DNA from: a virus
Taxonomy: Duplodnaviria; Caudoviricetes
Length of the DNA stretch: 64,000 nt
Direction: 5' to 3' (one strand)
Virus record (IMG/VR): IMGVR_UViG_2509276064_000002
Coordinates: 9,471 to 73,470 of that record
Shown: positions 46,919-56,424 of the stretch, piece after piece
Numbering within the stretch: the stretch's first letter is position 1
How the letters are laid out: every line of letters begins with the position of its first letter
Position numbers and translations under genes: made by a program
Notes under the pieces: model-generated
Seen by the model: the letters and a program-made list of their open reading frames with translations, nothing else
Databases searched by the model: none
What the model was told of the DNA's origin: nothing

Positions 46919-47147
46919 TCACCGGTCCAGCCTCATACCTAGGCTCGAAGCTCATGCCTCGAAGCACCGGCGCCAGCCCCAGCTCCTGCAGGTAGAACGG
47001 CTCCCGGACCGCCTGCTCCTCAAACGTCCTCGGCGTGGTCTTGACTCGGCCACGCTGCTCCCGTGCCATGAAGTACGCCCGGCGCACATCCGGGAGCTGC
47101 TGTTGGAGAGCACGGCGACGAGCTCGCTTGCTGGCCTTCTTCGACAC
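46899..47147 (-). CDS. Small basic hypothetical protein
   Basis: SD gggaggt before GTG (MSKKASKRARRR...). Confidence 0.5.
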   Translation of the reverse strand: MSKKASKRARRRALQQQLPDVRRAYFMAREQRGRVKTTPRTFEEQAVREPFYLQELGLAPVLRGMSFEPRYEAGPVIRSGCQ

Positions 47148-47163
47148 ACGCCCACCTCCCGGT

Positions 47164-47190
47164 AATGAAAAACCCCACCGAAGCGGGGTC
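47164..47190 (-). terminator. Intrinsic terminator
   Basis: aatgaaaaa-cccc-accgaagc-gggg. Confidence 0.55.
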
Positions 47191-47205
47191 CCAGTGCTAC
47201 TAGGG

Positions 47206-47442
47206 TTACATGGCCTGAAGGGATTGGTGCCTGTCCTGGACGCGTGCGTACATTTCTTCGATCGTGCCTCCGCTCGGGGCCCATGTAAGGCGTCCGTTGT
47301 AGTGGACCCCATCCTTTTCGTACACACAAACTTTCTTCTGAAAGTCGCAGAAGCTCAAACCCCATGCACCATGATGCTCAATCAGCCCATGAAGTTGGTC
47401 GAGAGAGTGTAGGGGCATGTCCAGGTTGACCTCTATGCGCAT
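47206..47442 (-). CDS. Small hypothetical protein
   Basis: TAACCT 5 nt before ATG. Confidence 0.45.
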   Translation of the reverse strand: MRIEVNLDMPLHSLDQLHGLIEHHGAWGLSFCDFQKKVCVYEKDGVHYNGRLTWAPSGGTIEEMYARVQDRHQSLQAM

Positions 47443-47488
47443 GTCTCAGGTTACGAACGCCTGTCTTTCGTCTTTATTGCACTACCCC

Positions 47489-47518
47489 AACAAGAAAGGC
47501 ACCCAACTGGGGGTGCCT
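47489..47518 (-). terminator. Intrinsic terminator after putative late regulator
   Basis: On minus: aggcaccc..gggtgcct-ttcttgtt. Confidence 0.7.
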
Positions 47519-47564
47519 CGACTCTTCTTGGACTCTACAAAAACGCTAGCAGTTTTGTTCCAAA

Positions 47565-48203
47565 TTAACAAGTGGTGATGGTCAATTTCTGCAATTCCTG
47601 TTGCATCACATGCAATGGGGCTTCCGCCTTCTCATCACGCAACTGCACAGCCAGGGTCAGCACTGCCACGGCGTACCGCACCGCCCGCTCTGGGTGCTGG
47701 TGCAGCCGCCCATCCTCTCGCAGCAGTCTTGCCATGCAGTTGTGCCGTTCATGCCGAAGCTTGTCCAGCATCTTGCCCAACTGCTTCTGCTCTGGCACTA
47801 GGCTGCGGCTCATCGTCGTGATCAACGCGCCCACCTCCCCCTCCGTGAACTCCCCTATCGGTGTCTGCAGGTAGCGCGTTGGGGCCCGCACGTTGCTCCC
47901 CAGCGTCAGAAACTCCAACCCTTCTTCTGACGGCTCGTAGTGGAAGCTGTACGGGATCTCCACCTCCCGCACGTCCCAGCCTCGCAAAGCTTGATACCAA
48001 CGCTCGGCGTACTCCCGCGCTTCCCTGGCCTGCGTGCGGCCGCTGGTGAGCGCCTGAATAGTTTGCCGGGGCGTGAGCTTCTTGCGCCCAGCGCGCTGCT
48101 TTGCCGTGGCTGCCCGGGCTTCCTCCGCCTGACGCTGGGCAGCCTTCTGAGTAGGCGTCTGGAGAGCAGCAGCCACCAGGTCCTCCGTCTTAAATTTGGA
48201 CAC
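47565..48203 (-). CDS. Putative late-gene regulator (Q-like position)
   Basis: Last early gene before the terminase cluster; SD caggagg; function inferred from position only. Confidence 0.55.
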   Translation of the reverse strand: MSKFKTEDLVAAALQTPTQKAAQRQAEEARAATAKQRAGRKKLTPRQTIQALTSGRTQAREAREYAERWYQALRGWDVREVEIPYSFHYEPSEEGLEFLTLGSNVRAPTRYLQTPIGEFTEGEVGALITTMSRSLVPEQKQLGKMLDKLRHERHNCMARLLREDGRLHQHPERAVRYAVAVLTLAVQLRDEKAEAPLHVMQQELQKLTITTC

Positions 48204-48235
48204 GGCCACCTCCTGGGGGCGTGAAGGGGCGAGGG

Positions 48236-48712
48236 TCACTTCGGTATCCCCCAAATTTTCAATAGCTCGCTTTCGACCTTCACAAACAGGTCGAGACGCT
48301 GCCAATACCAGGGACGGGCGTAAGGCATGACCAGGACCCACCAATCGCGCGCCCCATTCCACCGATGAATCACGATGGGCATCCGCTTCCCTTCGCAGTC
48401 ACGTCGTGCCTGATCCATCCAAGACTTCAGGGTGGCCGGGCTGTGCATCTGGCACGTCGCGGTCAGCTTGCACTCGATATGCCATCCGCTAAGAGCCAGG
48501 CAGATCACGTCCGGCGAATCCGCCCCGCCCTTCCGCTGCTGCCCGCGCTCCGCCGGGAAGCCCAGCTCAGTCAGGGCCTTCGCGAGCTGCAGCTCTCCCC
48601 GGGCGCCTTTCGCCCGCGAGTTCACGGGCTTCTTCTTGCTATTGCGGAGTGGTGGAGTCGCCTTCTTCGCTGGAAGGGACTCCAACGTAGCGACACTTTT
48701 GCGGGGACTCAC
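48236..48712 (-). CDS. Holliday junction resolvase-like PD-(D/E)xK nuclease
   Basis: SRAKGARGE...PDV...IECK. Confidence 0.75.
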   Translation of the reverse strand: MSPRKSVATLESLPAKKATPPLRNSKKKPVNSRAKGARGELQLAKALTELGFPAERGQQRKGGADSPDVICLALSGWHIECKLTATCQMHSPATLKSWMDQARRDCEGKRMPIVIHRWNGARDWWVLVMPYARPWYWQRLDLFVKVESELLKIWGIPK

Positions 48713-48972
48713 GCTGCCCCCTTCCGCTTAGCCCGGCTGCGGCTCTCCTGCGCGGCCACCGGATCGGCGTAAGTGATGCTGACTACCCCGTACAACTCCC
48801 GGTACTCCTGTAACGCCCGGCACCAATCCAGATCCGTGAGGTAGCCCTTCTGGATGGCCTCGTCAATGTTCTCCGCCTGCTTGCCCCGTGCCCGGAGCGC
48901 CTGCAGCAGCACCTGGGCTGCCTCGTAGGCATGCTGACTCACGTGGGCCGGTGGTTTGACCTGCCGTGTCAT
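48709..48972 (-). CDS. Hypothetical protein
   Basis: ATGA overlaps at both ends. Confidence 0.55.
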   Translation of the reverse strand: MTRQVKPPAHVSQHAYEAAQVLLQALRARGKQAENIDEAIQKGYLTDLDWCRALQEYRELYGVVSITYADPVAAQESRSRAKRKGAA

Positions 48973-49724
48973 GCGGCCTCCCTCTGCTGCTGAGCAGCGA
49001 TGTACGCGCCAAGGCGACGAGTGCGGCTGTCGCGGTGCTGCTGCAACCAGGTCACCACCTCTGGCAATCGGAACAGACGCTCCCGCTTCGGCCCCCGCTG
49101 CTCCAAGTGCGGCATCCCTTGCTGTGCCCACAAGCGCACCATCGCGGCACTGCGAGAAAGGATCACCGCCAACTCTTCGGCATCCAACGTGCCTGCAGGA
49201 CGCTGAGAGAAGTGCGTGGGTGGCCGAGCCCCGTCCACGTCCCGGGGATGGTAAGCACGTTTGGGGGACGGCTTCCCGACAACGCGCACAAGGACGTAGG
49301 GCACCTCATGTTCCCGAAGGCGGGCCTGCGCACGACTGACCGTGAGGTCCCACCGCTGCGCCACCTGCTCCGCTGTCAGGTAGTTGGGAGGCCAGCTGTC
49401 CAGGACAGGCTCACGCTCTGCTTGTAACGCTGCGGCCTCCTTCGCCGTCACAGTGCTGTTGCCGAGCCACCGTCCAGGCGTGATGCCGCGGCGCGCCGTC
49501 AAGCGGTGAACCTCCGTGACGGAGATGCCCAGGGTGACCGCGAGATCGGTGAATGTCACCAGATCGCGCGGCGGAACGTTCATCTGGTACCTCGTGACGG
49601 CCAGGCCGAGAGCGCTACGCGTCACCCGCAACTTCTGGGCCGCCTCCGCGATGGTGAGGCCCTGACGGAAGAGTTTCTGGGCGTAACCGCGTCGATGTGG
49701 TGTCCAACAGGTAGGCGTGCCCAT
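48969..49724 (-). CDS. Multi-HTH DNA-binding protein
   Basis: TIAEAAQKLRVTRS, LTAEQVAQRW, LDAEELAVILSRS..LFRLPEV. Confidence 0.7.
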   Translation of the reverse strand: MGTPTCWTPHRRGYAQKLFRQGLTIAEAAQKLRVTRSALGLAVTRYQMNVPPRDLVTFTDLAVTLGISVTEVHRLTARRGITPGRWLGNSTVTAKEAAALQAEREPVLDSWPPNYLTAEQVAQRWDLTVSRAQARLREHEVPYVLVRVVGKPSPKRAYHPRDVDGARPPTHFSQRPAGTLDAEELAVILSRSAAMVRLWAQQGMPHLEQRGPKRERLFRLPEVVTWLQQHRDSRTRRLGAYIAAQQQREAA

Positions 49725-50050
49725 CAGTCCTCACCTCCCGCCTGCGCGTCCTGCTGAGCGGTGAGGGCGTCAAGGCGGTCTGCAAACTCGTACTTCAGGT
49801 TGAGCTGCTGAAGCAGGAAGGGGTTCTTGCTCTGACTGGCGAAATACTCCTCTGCTTCTGCCTTCGCCTCTTTCCTCAGCGTTTCCGCCAATCCCTCCAC
49901 GGCCAACTGGGCCGCACCTTCTGCGACACACTTGGGGGATTCGAGCTCTTGCCGCACTTCTTCCAACAAGGCTTTCTCTTCCTTGCTAGCCCCATGCGCC
50001 GCACGCATCCGCTGCAGCGTGGCCAAACGGTCAGAAAGGGAAACACTCAC
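49724..50050 (-). CDS. Hypothetical protein
   Basis: TGATG coupling. Confidence 0.55.
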   Translation of the reverse strand: MSVSLSDRLATLQRMRAAHGASKEEKALLEEVRQELESPKCVAEGAAQLAVEGLAETLRKEAKAEAEEYFASQSKNPFLLQQLNLKYEFADRLDALTAQQDAQAGGED

Positions 50051-50262
50051 TTGCCCCTCCTAAGCCCGCAAGACTGATCCAGCTCATGACCTCTCCAGAA
50101 CAACTCCTGATGCTGACCCGCGCATTGCAGGACCCGTACCCCACTCACAGAACGTGAAGCACGCGTCATGGATGTCGCGTAAGGCATGAGACACCGCCCA
50201 ACAGAACCCAACAGGGGGGAGATCTTCAGAACGACACTTCTGGATAAAGTGGCCAGCACTCT

Positions 50263-50490
50263 ATGAAAACCTCTACCAGTACGTACGAGCCCCAAATCCT
50301 CGCTCTCACAAAGGAGCTGCAAAACTGTTGCCCCGACAACACTGTCTTGGTGAGCGACCTTATAAAGAACATCCGGAACCGTTATCCCAATATCCCCGCA
50401 GAGGACATTCCCCGCACCCTGACCAACCTGGTGCATGACGGTTACCTCAGCCGTCCCGCCACGGGGCTCTACCGCCTGCCGGTCCACTGA
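50263..50490 (+). CDS. Small winged-helix-like protein
   Basis: DLIKNIRNRYP..DIPRTLTNLVHDGYLSRPATGLYRL. Confidence 0.55.
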   Translation: MKTSTSTYEPQILALTKELQNCCPDNTVLVSDLIKNIRNRYPNIPAEDIPRTLTNLVHDGYLSRPATGLYRLPVH

Positions 50491-50677
50491 GCCGGACCTC
50501 ACCGTGCACCGCCTTCCGGCGCTGCGAGGAGCGCCAGGGCGGGACTGGTCGACTTGTCTGAGGGATTCGCCGCCTCTGGCAACGGCCGCAGCGTGTCCGG
50601 CAGCGAGGGCGTCACGAGACACCGCTTCTTAAGAACCAACGGACACCCTTAAATTGAAGTTCCATTAAGCTTCGCGC

Positions 50678-50872
50678 ATGGAGTACTTCCTGCCCGACAC
50701 CTACATCCTCCGCACCCAACGTCACCCCGACGGACAAATCGAACTGACCCTGTCGAGGGATGCCGGCCTTCCCGATATCAGCGACATCCTGATTGGCTCC
50801 ACTGACACCTGGAAAGTCACGGAGGTTCTGCGCGACAGCGCCGACATTCGCGTTCGCGTTCAGAGGGCCTGA
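50678..50872 (+). CDS. 64-aa protein, paralog A
   Basis: TAAGCT 6 nt before ATG; paralog of 50954-51148. Confidence 0.7.
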   Translation: MEYFLPDTYILRTQRHPDGQIELTLSRDAGLPDISDILIGSTDTWKVTEVLRDSADIRVRVQRA

Positions 50873-50953
50873 AGGCAGCGCGGGCGTCACGAGGTCACCG
50901 CCAGCAGCAGGGTTGCTGACACACTTGCGCCGCCCCTTCAATAATCTGAAGGG

Positions 50954-51148
50954 GTGACTCACTCGTTGCCAGACATCCTCATTATGTGGAGAGTCAACCT
51001 CCCCGATGGGCTGACTGAACTGACTCTGTCGCGTGAAGCGCCCGTTCCAGAGGTGGGAGACATACTGATCGGCACCACAGAGACCTGGGAAGTCACTGAA
51101 GTGTTTCGCGACACCGTTGGGGTGCGCATTTACGTTCGGCGGACCTAA
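50954..51148 (+). CDS. 64-aa protein, paralog B
   Basis: TAATCT 6 nt before GTG. Confidence 0.7.
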   Translation: MTHSLPDILIMWRVNLPDGLTELTLSREAPVPEVGDILIGTTETWEVTEVFRDTVGVRIYVRRT

Positions 51149-51162
51149 GCGGCATACCTGGC

Positions 51163-51852
51163 TCACAGCGCACCGCCTTCCAGGGCCGTCAGCATGTCCT
51201 TCTCCTGCTGCCTCAGCCCATACATGCCGTCCAGGGCGAACGGCCCCGTCTTGCTGATCGGGTCCCTGTGCAGTTCAATCCCCAGGACCAGCAAGGTGTG
51301 CGTGTTCATGTTGTGCTCGGAGGGCGCGTAGGTGCTGCGTCCGTCGCAGTAGCGGCGGGAGTAAAAGTGCAGCTTGATCGCCACCTGTTCCACCGCCCCT
51401 ACCCGCTCCCGTAACCGCTCGAGCTCTTCCGCCTGGGCCAGCACGAGGCGAGCGAGAGAGAGCGAATGGGTGAGGAGCTTCCAGCCTGGAGCACTGCCAT
51501 CCTCGTACTCCGGTAAGACAGCGATCTTCACCGGGCCCAAGGCATCCACGCTGTAGTCCATGAGGTACAGCCCCTCAAGAGCCGAGTCAGTGAGATCTAC
51601 AAGCTCAGCCGTGGCAGGGATACCTTCCAGCAGCTCCCGCACCGCCTCCGCTGTCAGCCCAGGCTTCGTGGCCACCATCTGCGCTCCTGCCACCTGCAGG
51701 GCCCCTTCCAGGTCCCCTGGCACCGCGGTCTGCCCCCGCAACGCCGCCTCCACTTCCAGCAACACCTCGTGCTGCTCATGCGTCAGCCGGTCCCGCGCCG
51801 ACAGCGAGTTGTGCATCGTCCGCAAGCGAGCCAGGAGGTCCGGCCGAGTCAT
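51163..51852 (-). CDS. Hypothetical early protein
   Basis: ATGA coupling. Confidence 0.6.
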   Translation of the reverse strand: MTRPDLLARLRTMHNSLSARDRLTHEQHEVLLEVEAALRGQTAVPGDLEGALQVAGAQMVATKPGLTAEAVRELLEGIPATAELVDLTDSALEGLYLMDYSVDALGPVKIAVLPEYEDGSAPGWKLLTHSLSLARLVLAQAEELERLRERVGAVEQVAIKLHFYSRRYCDGRSTYAPSEHNMNTHTLLVLGIELHRDPISKTGPFALDGMYGLRQQEKDMLTALEGGAL

Positions 51853-52100
51853 GCCGCACCCCCAGCCAGCACCCTCTTCGCCAGGTGCCGCGCCTCCGAC
51901 AACCGCAAGCCCCGTCCCCGCTCCACGCCATCGATCACGAGCCGGTATGCCGGCGCTTCCCGTACCGCCTCCCGCACGATCAAGAGCCGCTGCGGGCCCA
52001 CCTTGGCGCGCAAGTGCTCCCCATTGCCCGGGTAGTGCTTGCCGGGCCGCCAGCGGATCTTCAATGCCACAGGTCCATGTTTTTCCATGTTTTCCGTCAT
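51849..52100 (-). CDS. Small hypothetical early protein
   Basis: SD aaggaggg; coupled to next gene. Confidence 0.55.
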   Translation of the reverse strand: MTENMEKHGPVALKIRWRPGKHYPGNGEHLRAKVGPQRLLIVREAVREAPAYRLVIDGVERGRGLRLSEARHLAKRVLAGGAA

Positions 52101-52102
52101 GG

Positions 52103-52720
52103 TCAGTTCCCTCCTTGAGGCGTGAGGTCAGACAGAGGCAGACGCAACTGCCGGTTCAGGAACAGCACCGCGAGGCCCGCCAGGTGGAAGTCGGCAGACG
52201 CTTTGGTACCGAACTGAGGCAGGAAGAGGCCGCGGGCTTTCTCCCCCTCCCCCGTCCAGTTCTCGCCGTCCCACAGCGTCTCGATGGCCTCCCACGAGAA
52301 CGGCAGCACTTCCTGCTCGGCGATGCTCGTGCCGTTCGGGATGTGGTCAGGAATGGCGAGATCCCGGTAAGCAGGCCAGGCCGTGAGCAAGCCCTTGAGG
52401 TTCACCTCGCGGGCGGCCAGCACCTTCTCTGCTTCGGCCCCCTGCAGGCTCTTGAGGTAGCCGCAGAGTTTGGCGAGGCGCTCGACCTGGTACGCGGCCG
52501 GGAACTCGAAGGTGTACGGGTCTCCGTTGACCCAGTGCAGCGCAGGGCGGACGCAGCTCTGGAAGTAGACCCAGAGCAGCTGCTCGTCAAGCTCGCGCTC
52601 CTGCCTCTTGAGCTGTTCGAACTCGGTGTCGAGTTGGTCGAGGAGGTCTTTGAGGCGGATGGCAGGTGCGAGGGGCTTCGCAGCTGGCCGCTTGGCTGAA
52701 GTACCTGTCAGGCCCGGCAT
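52103..52720 (-). CDS. Hypothetical protein next to the origin
   Basis: 205-aa ORF with backbone-like codon usage. Confidence 0.6.
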   Translation of the reverse strand: MPGLTGTSAKRPAAKPLAPAIRLKDLLDQLDTEFEQLKRQERELDEQLLWVYFQSCVRPALHWVNGDPYTFEFPAAYQVERLAKLCGYLKSLQGAEAEKVLAAREVNLKGLLTAWPAYRDLAIPDHIPNGTSIAEQEVLPFSWEAIETLWDGENWTGEGEKARGLFLPQFGTKASADFHLAGLAVLFLNRQLRLPLSDLTPQGGN

Positions 52721-52730
52721 GAGGTGACCC

Positions 52731-52979
52731 CTGGCAGCCTTTTGGCAGCCTCAGGAAGTTGGTTGCCAGCCCAGAAGCTGCACTGAGACGAAGTGCTGGC
52801 AGCGCTGGCAACGTTGGCAGCCTTTTTGGGGTGGTTCCGCCTTATATCGAGAAGCGCTCTTGCGCGCGTTACGTGCTTATGAAAAAGGCTGCCAAGCCTG
52901 CCAAGGTTGCCAGGATGCTGTGTAGGACGGCTCCAATTCCTGGCAGCCTCAAAAAAAGGTTGCCAGAAAGGTTGCCAGC
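52731..52979. repeat. Iteron cluster, putative replication origin
   Basis: About 12 copies of TGGCA[GA]C in both orientations, immediately downstream of the primase gene. Confidence 0.7.
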
Positions 52980-52991
52980 GGTCGGAAGTTG

Positions 52992-55412
52992 TCATTCTGA
53001 GTCCTCCCACATGCCGGGCTGAGTTGAAAGCTGAATGTGCCGGTAATCGGTTCCGCGAACATTGCGGTCACGTTCGACGGTCTTGCCGAAGTACTTGGCA
53101 GCAGAGATCAGGTGTTTGCCGAAATTGTTGATGTGAAGGGGGCTGAAGCCGTTCTGCCCGCACCACTTGCGGTAGGCGGCATACAGATCGGCCGAGGCGG
53201 TCTGCACATCGGGGACGTAACGACATTCATCCCGCAGGAAGCCAATGACCTTGTTGCTGTCTTCGACAATTTCGCGCGCCAGTGCAGCGGCATCAGAGGC
53301 GGGGAAACGCATGTTGTTCTCGCGCAGCACGCGCAGGCCTTCCAGCATCCAGTTCAAAACGCCGGGCAGCTCGTCGGGGTGGGTCAGTCGAGCCTCAAGA
53401 GTGGGGTCTGGTTTCTCCGGCTTGACGTTGAAGGCCACTGGCAAGAAGCGGCGCATCAGAGAGGAGTTGCTGGTGTCCTCCCCCAGGCGGGGCATGACGT
53501 TGGTCAAAATGATCAGCTTGATATCTAACTTCGTCGTGAACGGTGTTTTGTTCTTGACGTCTACCGAGATGGTGTCCTCACCAGTGATCCGTTTAAAGGG
53601 CAGCCAGTCCACACTTTGCTGGAGCTCGGACACCACGCACATGCGCTTGCCGACAAGATTGCCGACCAGGAAAGAGCCGTCCTTGATGTTCTCCAGTGCT
53701 GAGGACGTGGCGAGATTGCCCAGTACAGCCTGAAGAACACGCACGAAGGTGCTCTTGCCTGTACCACCGTCGCCCACCAGAACCAGGGCGCGTTGTGGGC
53801 TTGTGTCCCCTGTCAAGCACAGCCCGGCGAACTGCTGCAGCAGCAGGCGGTCTCCCTCGTCCGGTACTGCCTGGCGTAGGAATGCCATCCAGTCATGTGC
53901 CACGCTCCCCGGCCGATACGCTGCTGCGCTCTGGATGGTGCTGAAGTATTCGGGTGTGTGATCGTGCAGCAGCCCGCTCTCCAGGTCCAGGATGCCGGTC
54001 CGGGTGTTCAGTTCCCAGGCGGTCTGGTCGACTTCCAGAGCGGCCACGCTTTCCTCGCGACTGATTTTGTCCAGTACCTCGCGGATATTCGCGGTCTTTA
54101 GGTTGTTGTAGCCGTAGGACTGGAGGATCTTGTCGGCGCGCTGGTACATCACTTCGTCCAGCACTTCGACGTAGACGCCGCCTTTGTACTGCCACCAGCT
54201 GCGGCGGGTCTGGTGGTAGCGGTAGACGTGGCCCTGCTCGGCGCACCAGTCGAGCGTGAGGTCCCGGTAGTCGGCGAGGGTGGGTTTGTCGGGCAGGTCT
54301 TTGGTGCGCGTCTTAGCCTGCCCGTCGCCTTTTCCCCCAATGGTTCCGAAGGCCTGGGGTTTGTTCTCCCAGTGCCGTTGCCCGACGGTGCTCAGGTCAC
54401 GGGGGCTCTGCTTGCCTGCAGCGAGGCCGGACCGCACAGTGTCTCGGATCTCGCTTTCTTCCAGTCCGGCGGCGAGGGCGGCTTCGGTCAGCTCGTGTGC
54501 CGCCTGCACCTCGTCGAGGGCCCCGGCGCCCACGAGGGTGCCGACGCTGAAGGCGCTGCGGTTGAGCTGATGGTTCCTGCCGCCCTCCCCTGCCGAGCGC
54601 ACGGCGTCCACTTCTCTTTGGAGGGCCGACTGGGCGTACTTCTCCTGAGCGTTCCCAGCAGGTTGGGAAACTTTCCCAGAGGACTGGGAAGGGGGCACAG
54701 GCTTGGGCTTCTCCAGTTCCGGCAATGCGTCCAGGGCGTCCCGTTCCACCCAGGCCTCAGCGTCTTGCCAGAGCACCTGCACCGGGAGGGGACGTTGGGG
54801 GTTCTTCAGGTTGAAGGTGCCGGGCAGGCGTAGGATGCGCGCCTGATCCGTACTCTCGGTGCTGGCTCCGAAGGCCAGCACGAGGCGGCGGTTGTACGCC
54901 TCCGTTTCCTCCATCGTGCTGCGCGCGCGGCGGGCCCAGTAGAGGTGCAGGCCGTGGCCACTGTCCACCACGGCGCGGGGCGGGAGGTTGCGCCGCTCGC
55001 ACTCGGCAAGCACCTGGCGGAGCAGCACGGCCTTGTATTCGGCCAGTTCCTCCGCGGGGAGGCTGTGCAAGTCCGTCTGTCCGTTGGTCAGCTCGGGATG
55101 CTTTTCCAGATCCACTTCGGCCCATTGGAGGTGGGTGGGGTGCGTGTGTGCCTTGTCTCCCATGCCGGGTTTGCCGGTCTTGGGGTTGATGGCTTCGGGG
55201 GCATCCAGCGTGCGAAGAGCTACGCCCCAGTAGGCGTTCTTGCCTTCGGGTACGGCGGTCAGGCGAAACTCATCGGGGTGGCCTTCGAAGGCCGGCCAGG
55301 GCATCCATGCTCGGGTTCCGCCTTTGAGGAAGCGGAATTCCACGAAGCCATGGGGGGGGGTGACCCCCCTATAGAGGAGGGCCACCCATTGACGGGGCGA
55401 GGGTTGGGTCAT
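52992..55412 (-). CDS. DNA primase-helicase (RepB-like primase + D5/P4-family SF3 helicase)
   Basis: VVDSGHGLHLYW, RILRLPGTFN, GDGGTGKSTF, FKRITGEDTI, LPGVLNW. Confidence 0.9.
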   Translation of the reverse strand: MTQPSPRQWVALLYRGVTPPHGFVEFRFLKGGTRAWMPWPAFEGHPDEFRLTAVPEGKNAYWGVALRTLDAPEAINPKTGKPGMGDKAHTHPTHLQWAEVDLEKHPELTNGQTDLHSLPAEELAEYKAVLLRQVLAECERRNLPPRAVVDSGHGLHLYWARRARSTMEETEAYNRRLVLAFGASTESTDQARILRLPGTFNLKNPQRPLPVQVLWQDAEAWVERDALDALPELEKPKPVPPSQSSGKVSQPAGNAQEKYAQSALQREVDAVRSAGEGGRNHQLNRSAFSVGTLVGAGALDEVQAAHELTEAALAAGLEESEIRDTVRSGLAAGKQSPRDLSTVGQRHWENKPQAFGTIGGKGDGQAKTRTKDLPDKPTLADYRDLTLDWCAEQGHVYRYHQTRRSWWQYKGGVYVEVLDEVMYQRADKILQSYGYNNLKTANIREVLDKISREESVAALEVDQTAWELNTRTGILDLESGLLHDHTPEYFSTIQSAAAYRPGSVAHDWMAFLRQAVPDEGDRLLLQQFAGLCLTGDTSPQRALVLVGDGGTGKSTFVRVLQAVLGNLATSSALENIKDGSFLVGNLVGKRMCVVSELQQSVDWLPFKRITGEDTISVDVKNKTPFTTKLDIKLIILTNVMPRLGEDTSNSSLMRRFLPVAFNVKPEKPDPTLEARLTHPDELPGVLNWMLEGLRVLRENNMRFPASDAAALAREIVEDSNKVIGFLRDECRYVPDVQTASADLYAAYRKWCGQNGFSPLHINNFGKHLISAAKYFGKTVERDRNVRGTDYRHIQLSTQPGMWEDSE

Positions 55413-55453
55413 TCTTCAGCGCTCCCAAATCCGGTGCGCTTACTCTCAGCGGC

Positions 55454-55837
55454 ATGATGCCACTGCTGTATCCCATTTCCAGTGCAACCTTTCCACACAC
55501 GGGCGTCATTGATATTCCCTGTTACACTGCCCGCTCCTTTAACAGGATGACAGCGGAGTTGGAGTGCAAGGGAACGGTGATCCCGTTCGATTTCTCCGAG
55601 CTGACCTCTATGGAGATTGAGGCCGCCACAGGGGAACAGACCCATGGTTGGACGTTGCAGGCCCTGGCAGCTGTCGATTCGATGTGGTTGATAGGCGCCC
55701 TGGAAGCAGCAACGTCTGGAGCTGTCTCTCAGTCGTTGGGAGCACAAATCGAAGACGTATGGTACTCCATGAAACCTCTCCGTTCCGAGGAGAAGTTTGT
55801 CGCTGGCCATGCCGAGGTTGTGGGGTTGTATCGGTAG
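55454..55837 (+). CDS. Accessory hypothetical protein
   Basis: TACTCT 7 nt before ATG; protein-like composition. Confidence 0.5.
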   Translation: MMPLLYPISSATFPHTGVIDIPCYTARSFNRMTAELECKGTVIPFDFSELTSMEIEAATGEQTHGWTLQALAAVDSMWLIGALEAATSGAVSQSLGAQIEDVWYSMKPLRSEEKFVAGHAEVVGLYR

Positions 55838-55845
55838 CACCACAT

Positions 55846-56424
55846 TCAACTGAGCCATGCCGCACCCCCCAGCTCTGCGTACTGCTGGGGCCGTGTGTCG
55901 AGCACCTGGCGGGCCTGCTCTGTTACCTCATCGGCGATGACTTCGGGGACAGTCCAGATGCCCTGATGCCCTGAGAGTTGGACCGGCTTGGGAAGCGTCA
56001 CCACCTGGTCAAGCAGGATGTGGAGCTGTCCCTGAGCTGCCCAGCGGTCACGGCTGGCCCGAGTGACGCCCTGCACCACGGCAACCGCAACGATGCCGGG
56101 CAGGATGAAGGCCTCGGGTTGCAGCGGGCCGGGGCAGGTGCGCGCGAGGTACTGCGCAGCCGCGTCGGGCAGCTCGCCGCCGAGGATGTTGTCCCGGATG
56201 TAGCCGAGGTCAGTGGTGAACTCGCGCCAGGGATTGGTAGGCAGGACGTTCTTCCGCTTTGGGCGGTGGGGAGCGGTGCCGCCGTGAATGGCGACGGTCT
56301 CCCCCACCAGGTCGTGAATGCCCATGAGGTCAGCGAGGCGGTCATCCCAGTCGCGGTTCTCCACCTGCTTGCCGAGGTAGGCGATAGCGAAGGCCCAAGG
56401 GTGGCGGAGCGTAATTCCCTTCAC
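55846..56424 (-). CDS. ASCH-domain-like protein
   Basis: MKGITLRHPWAFAI...KQVENR.W. Confidence 0.75.
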   Translation of the reverse strand: MKGITLRHPWAFAIAYLGKQVENRDWDDRLADLMGIHDLVGETVAIHGGTAPHRPKRKNVLPTNPWREFTTDLGYIRDNILGGELPDAAAQYLARTCPGPLQPEAFILPGIVAVAVVQGVTRASRDRWAAQGQLHILLDQVVTLPKPVQLSGHQGIWTVPEVIADEVTEQARQVLDTRPQQYAELGGAAWLS

